NCBI GenBank assembly: GCA_001662655.1
Contig: KV460242.1
DNA from: Pseudogymnoascus verrucosus
Lineage: Eukaryota
Strand: one strand, 5' to 3'
DNA: 64,000 bases
Shown one piece after another: positions 23,079 through 35,855 of this stretch. The notes below the pieces were generated by a model, which saw only the letters and a program-made list of their open reading frames with translations, was not told the origin of the DNA and ran no database searches. The translations under genes were made by a program, and so were the position numbers. How positions within the stretch are numbered: position 1 is the first letter of the stretch; each line of letters starts with the position of its first letter.

Positions 23079-24260
23079 TATATAAGTCTCTTATATATAA
23101 CTTTGCCTATATAGGCTAAGCTATAGAAGTAATAGCTATAGAGTTGTAAGTTAGTGCTATTTATAGCATCTTTTGTGTAGTGCTATATATAGACTAGTTT
23201 TCTAGTACTAACTTAGTACCACGCCTATAGCTACGACATAATATAGGGTAGGAGGATGTATCTCTATATATTTTATCCGTTTATATTACGCGACATGCGG
23301 GGAAACCTCCCCTACAGGAATGATCCGATATTAAATCCCTGTCGTTTAGCAGTTAAGTAAGTGACATTCGGCATCACCTAATTAAGGCCTATAAGCCGAC
23401 GCCTCTACTAGTCGTACTTGTCGCACTCATTGTTAATTGGAAGAATCTCAATACCCTAGCTTAGATAGTGTTGGCGTGCTCTGGCAGGCAAACCGTAATT
23501 GCAGATCTAATTCCACTTTGTTTGCTAGTGGGGGCGCCCGGCGGGGGTCAGCTGCGTAGTGTTGGTAGTTGGTTGCGGGGTTTGCACCATCTAATCAATG
23601 CGATTGCGGGGAAGCAAGAGAGACAGTCGAGCACTTTCTCTTTCGTTGCAGAAGATGGATAGAACACCGTAAAGAGATGCACTAATGCAAAGAGACTCAT
23701 AGAAGCAATATCTCATTCTACCTGGTGGGGAAATCACTGCATGATTTGGCGTTTATATCTCATATGCGAATAGATCTTGATATCACGACTTCTTAGCTCA
23801 CGACATTTATTGCGTAATTACTAGCGACAGAGACTAAGTTTATACTCGTTACAGAGTAATGAAGTCTGTATTTGACTGTAATAGTCATGAACCTCTGTCT
23901 ATATCATGAAAATGCTCAAAAATCACTCAGATAAGCAGGGGTAATATAATCGCAGCTAATGAACTTATCCCTGTTCGGTACTCGGAATATCCTACGGAAA
24001 ATTATTGGGCTATAGGTTATAATATAGGCTCAAAGAGGTGATAAATGGACATGTTTATTTTCCGTAGACAAGCTAGCCCCGCTACCAGTGGGGACTATGA
24101 ACTTCTGATTTCCCACGAACGGAAGGTCGCATGGATCGACAATCTTACCCCTCTCTTCCTATAAAGTCATCAATGTGACGCAAGAATGCCTAGCAGCGAA
24201 GCAGATATCAAGTACCTGAAATTCGACAGACATATACTTGCCTAGAAGAAGCCATCCATC

Positions 24261-26112
24261 ATGGTTACCTTTCAAGTGTATCTACTCACTGCCCTCGCCC
24301 AGTTGGCAGTATCTACAACGGTGAGGACCTCTACTCCTCCTATGGGCTGGAATAGTTATAACGCCTACAACTGCAATCCGACAGAGGATATTATGAAAAC
24401 AAATGCCCAAGCTCTTGTCAGCTCTGGTCTATCGAAGTTTGGGTACACATATGTCACGACAGATTGCGGATGGGCATCGTCAACTAGGAATCAGCAGGGG
24501 CGTCTTCAATGGGATACGTCCAAGTTCCCCTCGGGAGGCAAGGAACTGGGCGATTTCTTGCACGGCCTAGGTCTAAAATTTGGAGTCTATTCTGGAGCTG
24601 GGTATTACCAGTGCGGATCGACGGACATTCCCGCTTCGCTTGGTACGCATAGTTGACCTTGGACTACGGCCCGCTCACTAACTTGGCCTCTTGTGCAGGC
24701 TACGAGATTATTGATGCCGAAACCTTTGCCAGCTGGGGCGGAGACTTTCTCAAGTAAGATATAAGCTTTTTCGAGGGTAAACTCCGTTCTTACTGCACTA
24801 GGTACGACAATTGCTATTCAGTATCACCAACAAATATGGTGGACTACGACTCACAAGGAGCGGTATCGTCGGATCGCTTCGACGCAATGGCCCAAGCCCT
24901 GAACGAGACCGATCGCGACTTCATATATGAAATCTGTCAGTGGGGATGTGGGACAGACTTGGGCATTTGGTATGGTCAATCCTAAGCACTGAGAGCAATC
25001 ATATTTTTCTAATCGTAAGATAAGGGCGGCCGCTGACGCCACTACTTGGAGAATTTCCAACGACATCTCAAACAACTGGGCAAGTATCTGGCGTATTACG
25101 AATCAAGTCGTCCCATATTACGAGTACACCTCACCAGGCAGATATCCTGACATGGACATGCTGATGTACGTCTCATCTATCACGATTTAACATTTATATT
25201 AACAGTAGCAGTGTGGGACTAAACGTCCTCTCGGCTGAGGAGGAAAGGTTTCACTTCGGCATGTGGGCTATCAATAAGTCACCTCTTACTCTAGGACTCC
25301 CAATATCCGACGCAGCGACCTCAAGTTTGCAGATAGTTTCAAACCAAGAGGTAATCTCAATCAACCAAGACTCTCTAGGAAAACAGGCCGAGATAATTCG
25401 CCGATACACTGAAGAGGAATGGGATATCTGGGCAGGCGAGCTTTCGGGTTCGCGCATCGTTGTCGGGCTCGCAAACTGGCATAATTCGTCACAGTCTGTT
25501 TCTATTGACCTTGGCGACGTTCTCGGCATCTCATCAGCCAAGGCTCGCGACGTGTGGGCTGCTGCGCACCTTGGTGTGCTCTCTGGGACCTTTACAACAA
25601 CTCTCGCAGCGCATGAACTGAAGCTGCTGGTGCTTTCAGACATCGTAAAATCCACTACAGTTCAGCAGTCCAAAGGTTATTACGCAGCCACTAATGCCAC
25701 CATTTCTGGAGCCGCAAAGCATATTGCATGCTCTAGCACACAGTGCCTTCCCTCAAAAGCAAAGGTCGGCAATATCGGATTAGGGTCAAGCGCAGCAGCT
25801 GCGACATTCACTGGCGTCAGCGCAACTACCGGCGGGCGGAAACTCCTTGGAGTAGACTTCATTAACTATGATGTTGCGCTCGGTTCCGCCTGGACCGACG
25901 GCACGAACACGAGGAACATGACCATTTCGGTGAACGGAGGTACAGCCAAGCGATGGGCTTTCCCTATCTCCGGGGGGAATTGGTACGACAGCGGCCGGAT
26001 GCTTGTCGAGGTGGACGGTTTTCAGGCAGGACGAAACAACAAGGTCGTTTTCAGAGCATCTGGGACGACAACTTGGGCCCCAGACCTGGTTGGATTCGAA
26101 GTCTTTGAGTAA
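24261..26112 (+). CDS. Secreted GH27 alpha-galactosidase (AglD-like) with a C-terminal CBM35-like beta-sandwich; about 5 exons
   Basis: Signal peptide; TPPMGWNSYN; TTDCGW; LKFGVYS; LK|YDNC; WRISNDI; YPDMDML; HFGMWAINKSPL; INQDSLG. Confidence 0.93.
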
Positions 26113-27584
26113 CGAGGTCGGCAGCGATTATCAGTACGGTGCCGCAATTGTCGACGCTTCGATTTGCCACAACGCTGTTTGAGATCAGAAACAGTAGGCC
26201 AAAATATAGCTAGCACGTATATATGAATAATAGTAGCATGGTACGATCCTGACGTGCCAGAACTCGGCAGCGGATACTCTCCTAGACGGAAGTCTATGGT
26301 GGACGTAGGGATCGAGTCGCTCAACTCATCCATCTCGCGGGACCAAATCTTGCGTCTGTTGCAAGCAAAATCAAACCAGTTGTAAGAGGCCCGCCATACG
26401 ATATAGTCAATTTTGCGACTTTCTGAAAAATTCTTAGGTTGTCTTTAGAGACCTATATAATCCTCAAGCTATTACCAACGTTGCCACTTTCAAAGTTAAG
26501 CAGTTCTGGGCTACTGGCGATGTCATATGCCACTCAACTGCGCCCTTCGACCCTAATGCTCACACCAGCTACGGAGTCAATGCCGCTGAAGCCGCTGCAT
26601 TTGTCGCCGCAACATTGGGGTAAGCTAGAACTTGTCCATAGACAGGCGGCATCATGCAAAGGGGTATGTGTTACGAACACTGAGTGGCCTGTAGGACGGC
26701 GGGCCGGGTGGGGGCGACGTACTTCGACACCACCTGTGTGACTGTGACCAACCTGGTTGTCTCACCCTAGCACTGTCGAATCTCGTTAACCGAAGCCCAC
26801 AATCAACAAGGGGTCCTCCCTATTATCGGGTGAGAGCCATTCACAGGGCCTGAATAATTGCAACTTTATGGCATGCAAATCCTGGAAATTGATTTCATAG
26901 ATCGCCATAGCTTATAGTTGCGATGCCGTGTTGTCGTCGTCGTGCCTCGTCGCTGTTGCATCATAGTGAAACCCCGGGGTGGGCGGAAGCGGGAGGCTCC
27001 ACGGATCTTCGCGATAAGCAAAAGTGCATGACTGAAAGGCCGTAAAATCCGGATCAAGCTTCGCGGTCTAGAACTTGAGCTACCACTATGTGGCCCGTGC
27101 GTCTGTCTGCAGCGGCGCCCATGTCCAATAGTCTAAAACAGGCCAGGGGAATTCAGGGGTCTTGACGTATACTTCGTAGTTATCGAAGTCACGACAATAA
27201 TACTATGAAGGCAATACTAGTCCGATTGAACTCAAATTAAATTAGAATATAGTATATATCTAGTATTAACGTATCAAATATTCAATTATAACAATGCCAT
27301 AGCAACTCCTCGGCTTCTGATGTTGTTGCGGAGAGAGCCTTCAGAATCGTGGCGGGGATGTCTAGCTCGTGTGTTTAATTACGGCTAAATATCCACCTAA
27401 TCTGCTGTTGGACAATTTTATATTGTTTTGATGCCCCTCGACTCTCTGGTAGGTAAGGTTGCCTAGTTGTGTCAGAGCGGGTAGGATCCATAATATTAAC
27501 TATGTCAAGCCCATCTATACCCCTTTTTTTGCTGATGATTGATTCTTTAATCCTTCATCGTCTCCCATACGTTCGTTACAAGTC

Positions 27585-30500
27585 ATGGCGATCATGGCCT
27601 CGTCAAGGGCGTCGCGAACCTTGCTGCTTCGTTGCTCGTTGCTCTTTTCTTTTTTCCTATTCGTTATTCTCCAAAGCGTTATTCCATCTGCTGCTGCACA
27701 GAGCCATAGCCACCGAAGCCTGAACCACCGAAACACCGCAGGAACTAGCAATATCGATGATGCACAGGCGCTTGTGAATGAGGCGTTGAAAGGTATTGCG
27801 GCAGCAAATAAACTTCGTGTGGAAAACCCAAGGCGCGACAAATCCGGATACCGCCAAGGCGCTTTCGAAAGTGCCGCGAACGTCCAGAGATCGAGCAGCT
27901 CATTTGAGGCTCGCAGCAATGCGTCTTCGATTGACTATGTCATTCCCGAGAGCGTCATCACCGCTGCAAAGTCCCTTGCCGAGTCTCGCAGCCATACAAG
28001 GGGCGCGACCATTGACAGTGTGGCGAAGGCAGCAAAGCTCAAAGCGCAGTACTGGCCAAAGAGAAGCGATGCGGACACAGCAAGCCACTCTGCAAGGGAC
28101 AGCGGCAGCCTCGAAACGCGGGCTTCTGCATTCTGGATGGAAAATATGAGCATGAATGGACGTAGCCCTTTGGCCCCATCAGACTACGTCGTGAGTCTTT
28201 CTACCGAAACGTTATCTCGTCGCAACTGACAGAAATAGGTCTTCAGAAACGTCAAGGACTACGGGGCTGTCGGTGACGGGGTTCACGACGACACGGCTGC
28301 AATAAATTCTGCCATCTCGTCAGGATCCCGTTGCGGTCAGGCATGCGGTTCTAGCACAATTCTCCCAGCTGTTGTATATTTCCCTTCTGGCACTTATCTC
28401 ATTAGTGGTTCCATCACGCAGTACTACAACACCCAATTACTTGGCAATGTGAGTAAATCTTGTTCTCTGCTTGACGGCTGCAACTGAAATTTCAATGCTA
28501 ATGACTTCAATAGCCATTGAACAGACCAACCATTCTTGCTGCATCGAGTTTCGTGGGGTTGGGAGCGATTTCTTCTGATGTACATGCTACTGATGGCTCC
28601 GTGTGGTGAGTATTCGGTCTAACCGCACTACCAGGAGCGATGGCAATTCTAACAGAAGTTGATAGGTACACGCCTCAAAACAATTTCTACAGATCTATCC
28701 GCAACTTAGTAATCGATATAACTAATACTGATCCTAATGCATATGTTTGTGGTATTCATTGGGAAATTGCCCAAGCTACCGACCTTCAAAATATTGACTT
28801 CTACATGAAATCTGGCACGACTCAACAGGTAGACTTCCTATGATACGTGTGAGGTTTTTATACAGAGCTCAACTGACAAGTTGCCAAGGGTATTTATATG
28901 GAAGATGGAAGCGGTGGCTTCATGACTGACCTTTACTTCAGTGGAGGAAACTTTGGGTTTGTTGACTCCTGCTATATACATACTGACACTTCACTGACAT
29001 ATTTCAGTGCCTACTTTGGTAACCAGCAATTCACAACCCGTAATCTTCTTTTCAACGGCTGCAAGACTGCAATTCAAATCTTCTGGGATTGGGGTTGGAC
29101 TTTGCAAGGGATCGCGGTTGTTTCTGGAACCACAGGGATTACAGTTACCGGCGGAGTAAGTAGAGTACCCCTAAATATACTTGTTGGTGCTCATATGGTT
29201 TTAGGCGGACACCTCACACGGCGGCGCAGGTGTGGGCGCAATGCTTATCACCGATTCCACATTCTCCGCTCTCGCTGTTGGTATCTCAACATCGCTCCTG
29301 ACGGGTGCCCCTACAAATGTGGTGGTCCAGAACACTGTTTTCACCGGCTGCACCATCGCCATCCAAGATGTACAAGTGCCACAAACATTGGTGGCCGGCA
29401 GCACCTCGAGTGTTAAACTCGCATCGTGGGGCATGGGCAACCTCGTTCAAGGCACCTCAAGCACAGCATCTTTCCAAAGCGGAAAGACCATCGCAGCACC
29501 AAGCAGAGCTGCAAGTCTTGTCGATTCCTCGACCAACAATTTTTTCACCCGTAGTGCTCCGACTTACGAAGATATTGCTGCGTCATCTATGGTCAACATC
29601 AAGTCTCAGGGCGCAAAGGGAGACGGCGTCACTGATGACAGTGCAATCATTAATCAAGTTCTTGCGGCTGCTGCGAAATCCAACTCCATCGTATTTTTCC
29701 CATTTGGTATCTACTTGGTCAAAGACACTGTCAAGGTCCCCGTCGGGTCTAGAATTGTTGGTCAAGCGTGGTCGCAAATTATGGCATCTGGGACTAATTT
29801 CCAGGATATGTCACAACCTCGTGCTGTTGTGAAAGTCGGAACTGCCGGGGATAATGGAGTTATTGAGATCTCTGACATGATGATCACCGTCTCTGGCGGT
29901 ACTGCAGGTGCTGTGCTGATTGAATGGAATGTCCATGAATCAACCCAGGGGTCTGCTGCTATGTGGAGTATGTGATTCAATTGCAAATACAAGGGCTCTG
30001 CTAACATATAAGATACGAACATGCGTGTTGGTGGAGCTCGAGGATCCCAACTCCAAGCCGCTAATTGTCCTAAACTGAGTGGGGCCGTCAAATCAGCCTG
30101 TGTTGCAGCATCGCTGCAATTGCATTTGACCTCTAGCTCTTCGGCTTATCTCGAGAATATCTGGGCATGGACAGCAGGTTCGTTTCTCTTCGTCATGTGC
30201 AGTTGTAGTACTTGATGCTAATTGGTGTGAAACAGATCACGATCTCGACATCACTTCACAAGCCCAAATAGACGTCTATTCTGGAAGAGGTTAGTGTTCC
30301 ATCCTGTCTCATGACTAATCTTCTTTTCAACCCTTCGTCCTATATTAAACGATGGGTTTAATTCAATCGTATAGGTATTCTCATTGAGAGTAAAGGACCC
30401 ACGTGGCTATGGGGCACCGCATCTGAACACAATGTGTTATATCAATATGCACTCTCGAATGCCAAAACAACATTCCTCGGCTTGATACAAACTGAGTCGC

Positions 30501-31936
30501 CATATTTCCAACCCGCACCTAAAGCCCCACTTCCTTTCACTCTCGGAAATTTTGCGAACGACCCGAGCTTCTCTGATTGTTCTTCTACCTCAACTACTTG
30601 TGCTGTCTCATGGGCGCTTCATATCGTCAATTCAGCAACAACTTACATCTACAGTGCCGGGCTTTACAGCTGGTTTAATGGCTACTTGCAAGATTGCTTG
30701 AATACAGAAAATTGCCAAACTAGACTGATTAATATCGAATCCAGCTCTGATCTTTGGATCTACAATTTGATGACAAAGGGGGCACTTGAAATGATTAGTC
30801 CATTGGGGGAAACGCCCACGTACGCCTCGGACAATATGAATGGATTCATGTCTACGGTAATGGCCTGGCTTGAGGGATCCTCAAGAGTCGTTGGATCACC
30901 ACCCCCGACTACGTGTCAAACAGTTTCTGGAATGGCCTCACCAACACCTGCAAACTCCGTTTGCGGACTAAAGGGTAGTTCATATACGCTCTCCGGTGCT
31001 GGAACCCTTGCTGGATATGTTGCTGGCAGTCCTTATGTTGTAAGTCTTGCCGCTTGTAGCGCAAAATGTCTAGCAACTTCTTGCTGTACAAATGTCTTTT
31101 TCATCCAAGGCAGCAATTGTAACTTGCATTATGGTCCTAGGGCTCTTTTGAGTGGTGTCGGATCGTTCAGTTACTACGATGCGACCTGCTTTACCTGTGG
31201 AGAGCTGAGCTGTACCTCGACCTCAACAACAGCTACACCCACTTCCACAACTCACACGACAACGTCCACACCTTCCTGTAGAACAGTCTCTGGTCTCGCC
31301 TCGCCAACTCCCTCAAGCGCCATTTGTGGACTTAAAGGCACATCGCATGCTGCACCAGGTGCTGGATCTATTATAGGATATGGTATTGGCAGCCCTTATG
31401 TTGCATCTCTTGCTAGTTGCAGTGCACAGTGTCTGGTAACTTCCTGCTGTACGAATGTCTATTTCATTCAAGGATCAGCCTGCAACCTGCATTATGGACC
31501 GAACGCTTTTGATCAGGGTGTTGGAGTTGGAAGTACCCAGTTTGAATTTTACAACGCTTCCTGTTTTACTTGCGGAACTCTACCAAGCTGCACCTCAACC
31601 TCAACCTCAACTACGCCTACTTGTAAAACAGTCTCTGGTATCATCTCACCAACTCCCTCAGCCGCTATCTGCGGAGGTAAGGGTTCTTCACTCGCCGCTT
31701 CCAATGCTGGAACTATTGTTGGATATGTCGCTGGTAGCCCTTACGTGGCAAGTCTTGCTGCTTGTAGCGCAAAGTGTCTAGCAACATCGTGCTGTACAAA
31801 CATCTATTTCATCCAGGGGAAAAATTGCAACTTACATTATGGACCGAAGGCTTTTAATAGCAACGTTGGTAACCCATTGTTCAACTACTATGATGCGACT
31901 TGTTTTACTTGCGGATCGTTGAGCTGCTCTAAATAG
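27585..31936 (+). CDS. Secreted GH55 exo-beta-1,3-glucanase-like protein (multi-exon) with three C-terminal Cys-rich repeats
   Basis: FRNVKDYGAVGDGVHDDTAAIN; VYFPSGTY; QNNFYRSIRN; GNQQFT; GAKGDGVTDDS; YLENIWAWTA|DHDLD; WGTASEH; IQTESPYFQP. Confidence 0.93.
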
Positions 31937-32049
31937 TTAGGTATATTATCTATTATGGCATGGTGGGCCTAAAATATCTATAACAATATAATACCACAGT
32001 TCTGCTGCTTTGGAATGCATGAAAACTATCATGGGGTGATCGTAGAAAC

Positions 32050-32330
32050 GCAAATAGAGGTACTCCCACCTAGATACCACGTAGGGAGAGCGAGAGCAAC
32101 GGGCATGATGGGGAAGAGTAAGAGCAACAAGCATGACGGTGAACAGCGAGAGCGACGGGCACGACGGGGAACAACAGGACGTACGATGGGATAGGCATGG
32201 TAGGATGAGCACGATGGGATAGGCATGGTAGGATGGGCATAATGGGAGCACGTATAATAGGATACTATAGGAGTATGCGTAACAGGGTAGGAGTGTGCGC
32301 ATAACAAGAGGAGATGGTAGGTTTCTTATA
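32050..32330. repeat. Degenerate purine-rich tandem repeat (~30-bp unit such as ACGATGGGATAGGCATGGTAGGATGAGC)
   Basis: Two near-perfect units at about 32183-32240 plus decayed flanking copies. Confidence 0.6.
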
Positions 32331-32342
32331 AGCAACTTTAAG

Positions 32343-33100
32343 ATTGACCACGAGACAGGAGCATTTGCACCTATACCAGGCAATGCAGATATTGGCGGAG
32401 CTGGAGTGGGCTTGCGCCTCCCCAAAATGAGGGAGTAAATACTGACTCTGTTACAGGTCATGACAGCTTTCATAATCACAGCATGGATCACAATACTTGC
32501 TTCTACGATGGCATCTTTGCGCAGATGGAAAATGGTCAAGTCTCCGTACTTCATCCGATTCGCACTTGGAACTAAAAACCTCTTAGGCCCACTATGCGAC
32601 TTACAAGCCATTACAGGAGCCGCAATACTTATAGCTGGTTTTTACTCAATGGCAGACCATCACGTACTATCATCGAGAGCTGGTTGGGCCCTACTGGTAT
32701 CTCACTTCGAACTCATTCTGGTCCTAACGCCGTGCTTACATGTACGAGGCTGTTGAAAGCGCCAGGGCTCCTGTTGATGGCCCTTCGATTAGGAGGACTC
32801 CTACTAGCGGGACGTCAACTGACATGGCTCCGACTGGCGCGACTCAAACTGATGCAACGACTCAAACTAATGCAACCACAATCAAGAGGGCCGAAGCCAA
32901 TAAAGACTGGACTGTCTGGCGAGTTTACACACGCAGGGTGTTCATTGTGATAAGCGTTGCGCTCGGCATTGCTTGGTCCACCTCATCCGCCATACTTGAA
33001 ATTCATGGATGGGATGAGAGAGATCCCAATAGGTGCTATGACTATAACCCTAAAGCTCCTCCTCACGATCATTATATTATTACCTATCGACAAACCCGCC
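32343..33100 (+). pseudogene. Frameshifted fungal multi-pass membrane protein of unknown function
   Basis: GNADIGGAG|VMTAFIITAWIT..LCDLQAITGAAILIAGF, then a frameshift in the T-run near 32640 to QWQTITYYH..YWYLTSNSFWS*. Confidence 0.55.
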
Positions 33101-33101
33101 A

Positions 33102-34517
33102 TCACACCTTAATTCTATTCGGTCTAGCCGAACAACCCCGCGCCAGCACTTGAGGCACCGCCGCGAGAGCGAGCAATCGTAACGCCTCCCGCGCACTGGC
33201 TCTTGATCCTTCATATGACACATTATACGCAGGCCCATTCTCATGGGGGATATTGTCCCAATCAAATGTCCCGTCCGCGATCTCCTCCATCACAACCCAA
33301 CTATCTCTATAAGGCAACGCATTCGAATGTTCTACCTCCAGCGTCCCACCATCGAGCCGCACGAACATCTCCCACTTCCTCCCCGGCGACACCTCGACAA
33401 TCAACTCCTTGTCGTCCAGCACCGAGTCGTAGCAGAATACCCCGTCCCTCGACCCCGCCCCGTGGTACAGAGCCTTGAATTCGAACTTCTCTAGCAGCGG
33501 CAGATTCTCCCTTGTCCACTCGAAGAACCTCGGCCACCCGTCCTCGCCATCTAACTTCACCCACGCGAGGTTAAGCTCGCGGATGGACTCCTTGAATCGG
33601 CCGACGTACGCAGTCAGCTGATCCAGCGTGAACCCATTTGTCTCGATCATGAGCGCCTGTACCTTTGGCAGCGGCTTGGTCGTCGCGGCTATGTCATCGT
33701 AGAAGCGGTGGTGCAAGCCTGGGCTGTAATAACTGCAGGCCTTGTAGTTGACAGAGAGCTGCTCGAGGTTGACGCACTTGAGCACGAAGGCTTCGACCCA
33801 GTCCGTCTCCTTGTTCGCGGGGCTGATGGTTAGCTGCAGGGCTGGGATGACGGCGCACGCAGCGTTGAGGAGCGGGAGCGTCTTGTCCCATGGCTTAAAG
33901 GGGGGGGATTGGTCGATGGTGAATGTAGAAAGGGCGATGTGGTGATCGCACAGTTCGGCGCCCCTGATGTTCACCTCCGCTGCGGCGCAGACGACAAGAA
34001 TTCCCTCGACAGTCTGCTGTATGGACCCTTCCCGCTGGCCCTTCTTTTCGACATTGTACGTAAGCCGGACCCCGTCACAATTCTGCAGCATCCCCATAAT
34101 AGCCTTCAACGTGCGGATTTCATATACCTTCTCTGGACTAGCGAGGTGGCCCAGCGCATTGCGCCCCCACCCCGGTGATCTCTCATTCGCCAGCAACTTT
34201 CTCCCCTTGTTCCCCTTTGTCATGGTGATGAGCAGATCCTTAACAAACCTCCTTGCGACGGGAAAGTGCGCGATCGCAAGCATGCGGTGCAGGTCCGCGC
34301 GCATGAACTCGCCGCAGAGCTGGCGGAAGAAGTAGGAGCCGGTGCCGATGTACTCGGTGACGCGGTGGTTAAGCTCGCGGCAGACGAGGCGGAGCGGCAG
34401 AATCTCATTATAGCGGTACTCACGGAGTTGGGTGATGATCTGGTAGAGGAGTTCGATGGGGATTGTGGTGAGCGTGGCGGGCACACTACCAGAGGGTGGG
34501 AAAGAGGCCATTTTCAT
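33102..34517 (-). CDS. F-box protein (intronless, ~470 aa, LRR-like C-terminal region)
   Basis: LTTIPIELLYQIITQL..ILPLRLVCREL near the N-terminus; long GC-rich ORF; ATG at 34517 or 34511. Confidence 0.8.
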   Translation of the reverse strand: MKMASFPPSGSVPATLTTIPIELLYQIITQLREYRYNEILPLRLVCRELNHRVTEYIGTGSYFFRQLCGEFMRADLHRMLAIAHFPVARRFVKDLLITMTKGNKGRKLLANERSPGWGRNALGHLASPEKVYEIRTLKAIMGMLQNCDGVRLTYNVEKKGQREGSIQQTVEGILVVCAAAEVNIRGAELCDHHIALSTFTIDQSPPFKPWDKTLPLLNAACAVIPALQLTISPANKETDWVEAFVLKCVNLEQLSVNYKACSYYSPGLHHRFYDDIAATTKPLPKVQALMIETNGFTLDQLTAYVGRFKESIRELNLAWVKLDGEDGWPRFFEWTRENLPLLEKFEFKALYHGAGSRDGVFCYDSVLDDKELIVEVSPGRKWEMFVRLDGGTLEVEHSNALPYRDSWVVMEEIADGTFDWDNIPHENGPAYNVSYEGSRASAREALRLLALAAVPQVLARGCSARPNRIKV

Positions 34518-35203
34518 TTTGAACACATAGACGACCGAAGAGCAACATGGACGAAATCGTGGCAATGTTCTGCAATCTTATACTTGTAGTGAGTGAGTCT
34601 TCAAGAGATAACCATTTCTCCAGGAAGCACCCAGCCCATCTCGCTTGGTTAATACGGATGCGAAAAAGCGATTACTGAGCGCTCCATCGCCTCAACTGTC
34701 ACATCGTGGCGCTGCCAATCTTCAGTGATTTCCTGCACCCATAATTTTAGGCGCGCAAACGCAAAACAGAGTAGATCAATGATGGTATCCATACTTAAAC
34801 TACCAAAACAATCCAGAATCTAGATGCATTCTATGCCTCTCATCACCTATTCTCTCTAAAATAAGAGAGGTTTTCATCTGTCTTGTGTCGTTTGTAGTTC
34901 ATGCTTTGTGCCACATTACAGGGTGCAGTCCTTTTGGACCTCACCAGCCAGGGCGGCCTGCCGATGAGTCTTGCGGTGAACCATCCCGACTAGAAGCGAA
35001 AGCTTGTCTCCTCCCACCCCACGAATAGCTCAGCGCCTATAGTGTATGAACCACTAGGATGCATTGCCAATAAGACGATATATTACAAGTTAAGCCGATA
35101 TTCACATTATATCGATATATTTTGCTGGGCCCCAACTCGTCCCCACCTGTCCGTGATATGCAGGAATCCTTGAAATGCAGATTTTATTTGTATGTACAAC
35201 ATT

Positions 35204-35520
35204 CAGTGTTTGGCACTGGTAGCTATAGCGTATCCGGGTATATACCTGGGTATATACCTACCTTTTTTATCTGAGAAAACTACTCGGGTATTTCAAGTAG
35301 GTAGGTATATATCCCGTATATTTGCCAATCTTTGCCAAGTATTAGAATCGAACTATGAATATAACCATATGGTGCTCGTGAAATACTTATGATGTAGATG
35401 CCATAACACATAATGAGCGACTCATAATTATCAGATGTGCCTATTGGCCTTGAGGACATTGGCCTTGATGAGGCTGATGAGCCAACTAACCCTACCCTTC
35501 TTCCATCGCTCTATCTCCAG
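35204..35520 (+). mobile_element. Possible left-end relic of a DNA transposon (hAT-like)
   Basis: CAGTGTTTGGCA start; GGGTATATACC subterminal repeats in direct (35236, 35248) and inverted (about 35300-35315) orientation; then an acidic ORF remnant MSDS*LSDVPIGLEDIGLDE. Confidence 0.3.
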
Positions 35521-35574
35521 CCACCAGGCACAATGCTTCCTCTAAGCTCTTCACCGCTGTTTGTTAAATCCTAC

Positions 35575-35855
35575 AGAACTCCATCGAATTGCCTACATCA
35601 GAAGCCGGACTGATTGCGGGGCATATCAACAAATACGAGCCCAGTGCCGGCCGGAGCGAACCGCAAAGGAGATGCTTGATGCACTCGGCAAGATTTATGG
35701 GAACAAGAACAGAAAGAATCGTGCCATAGTCGAGCTGCGCACGTTACGAATGGCAAGGAGACCCTTTGATGATTTTTACGCAGATTTCACTCGTTGCGCA
35801 GCTGAGATTGGGTACTCGGATGACGCCTTGATTCCTCTGCTTGAGAATGCTATAG
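35575..35855 (+). mobile_element. Ty3/Gypsy gag fragment
   Basis: RIAYIRSRT..EMLDALGKIYGNKNRKNRAIVELRTLRM..FDDFYADFTRCAAEIGYSDDALIPLLENAI. Confidence 0.7.

Noticed and set aside
31946..32611. 221-aa minus-strand ORF
   Set aside because: It is made of the simple repeat plus the antisense of the membrane-protein pseudogene and has no recognisable motif.
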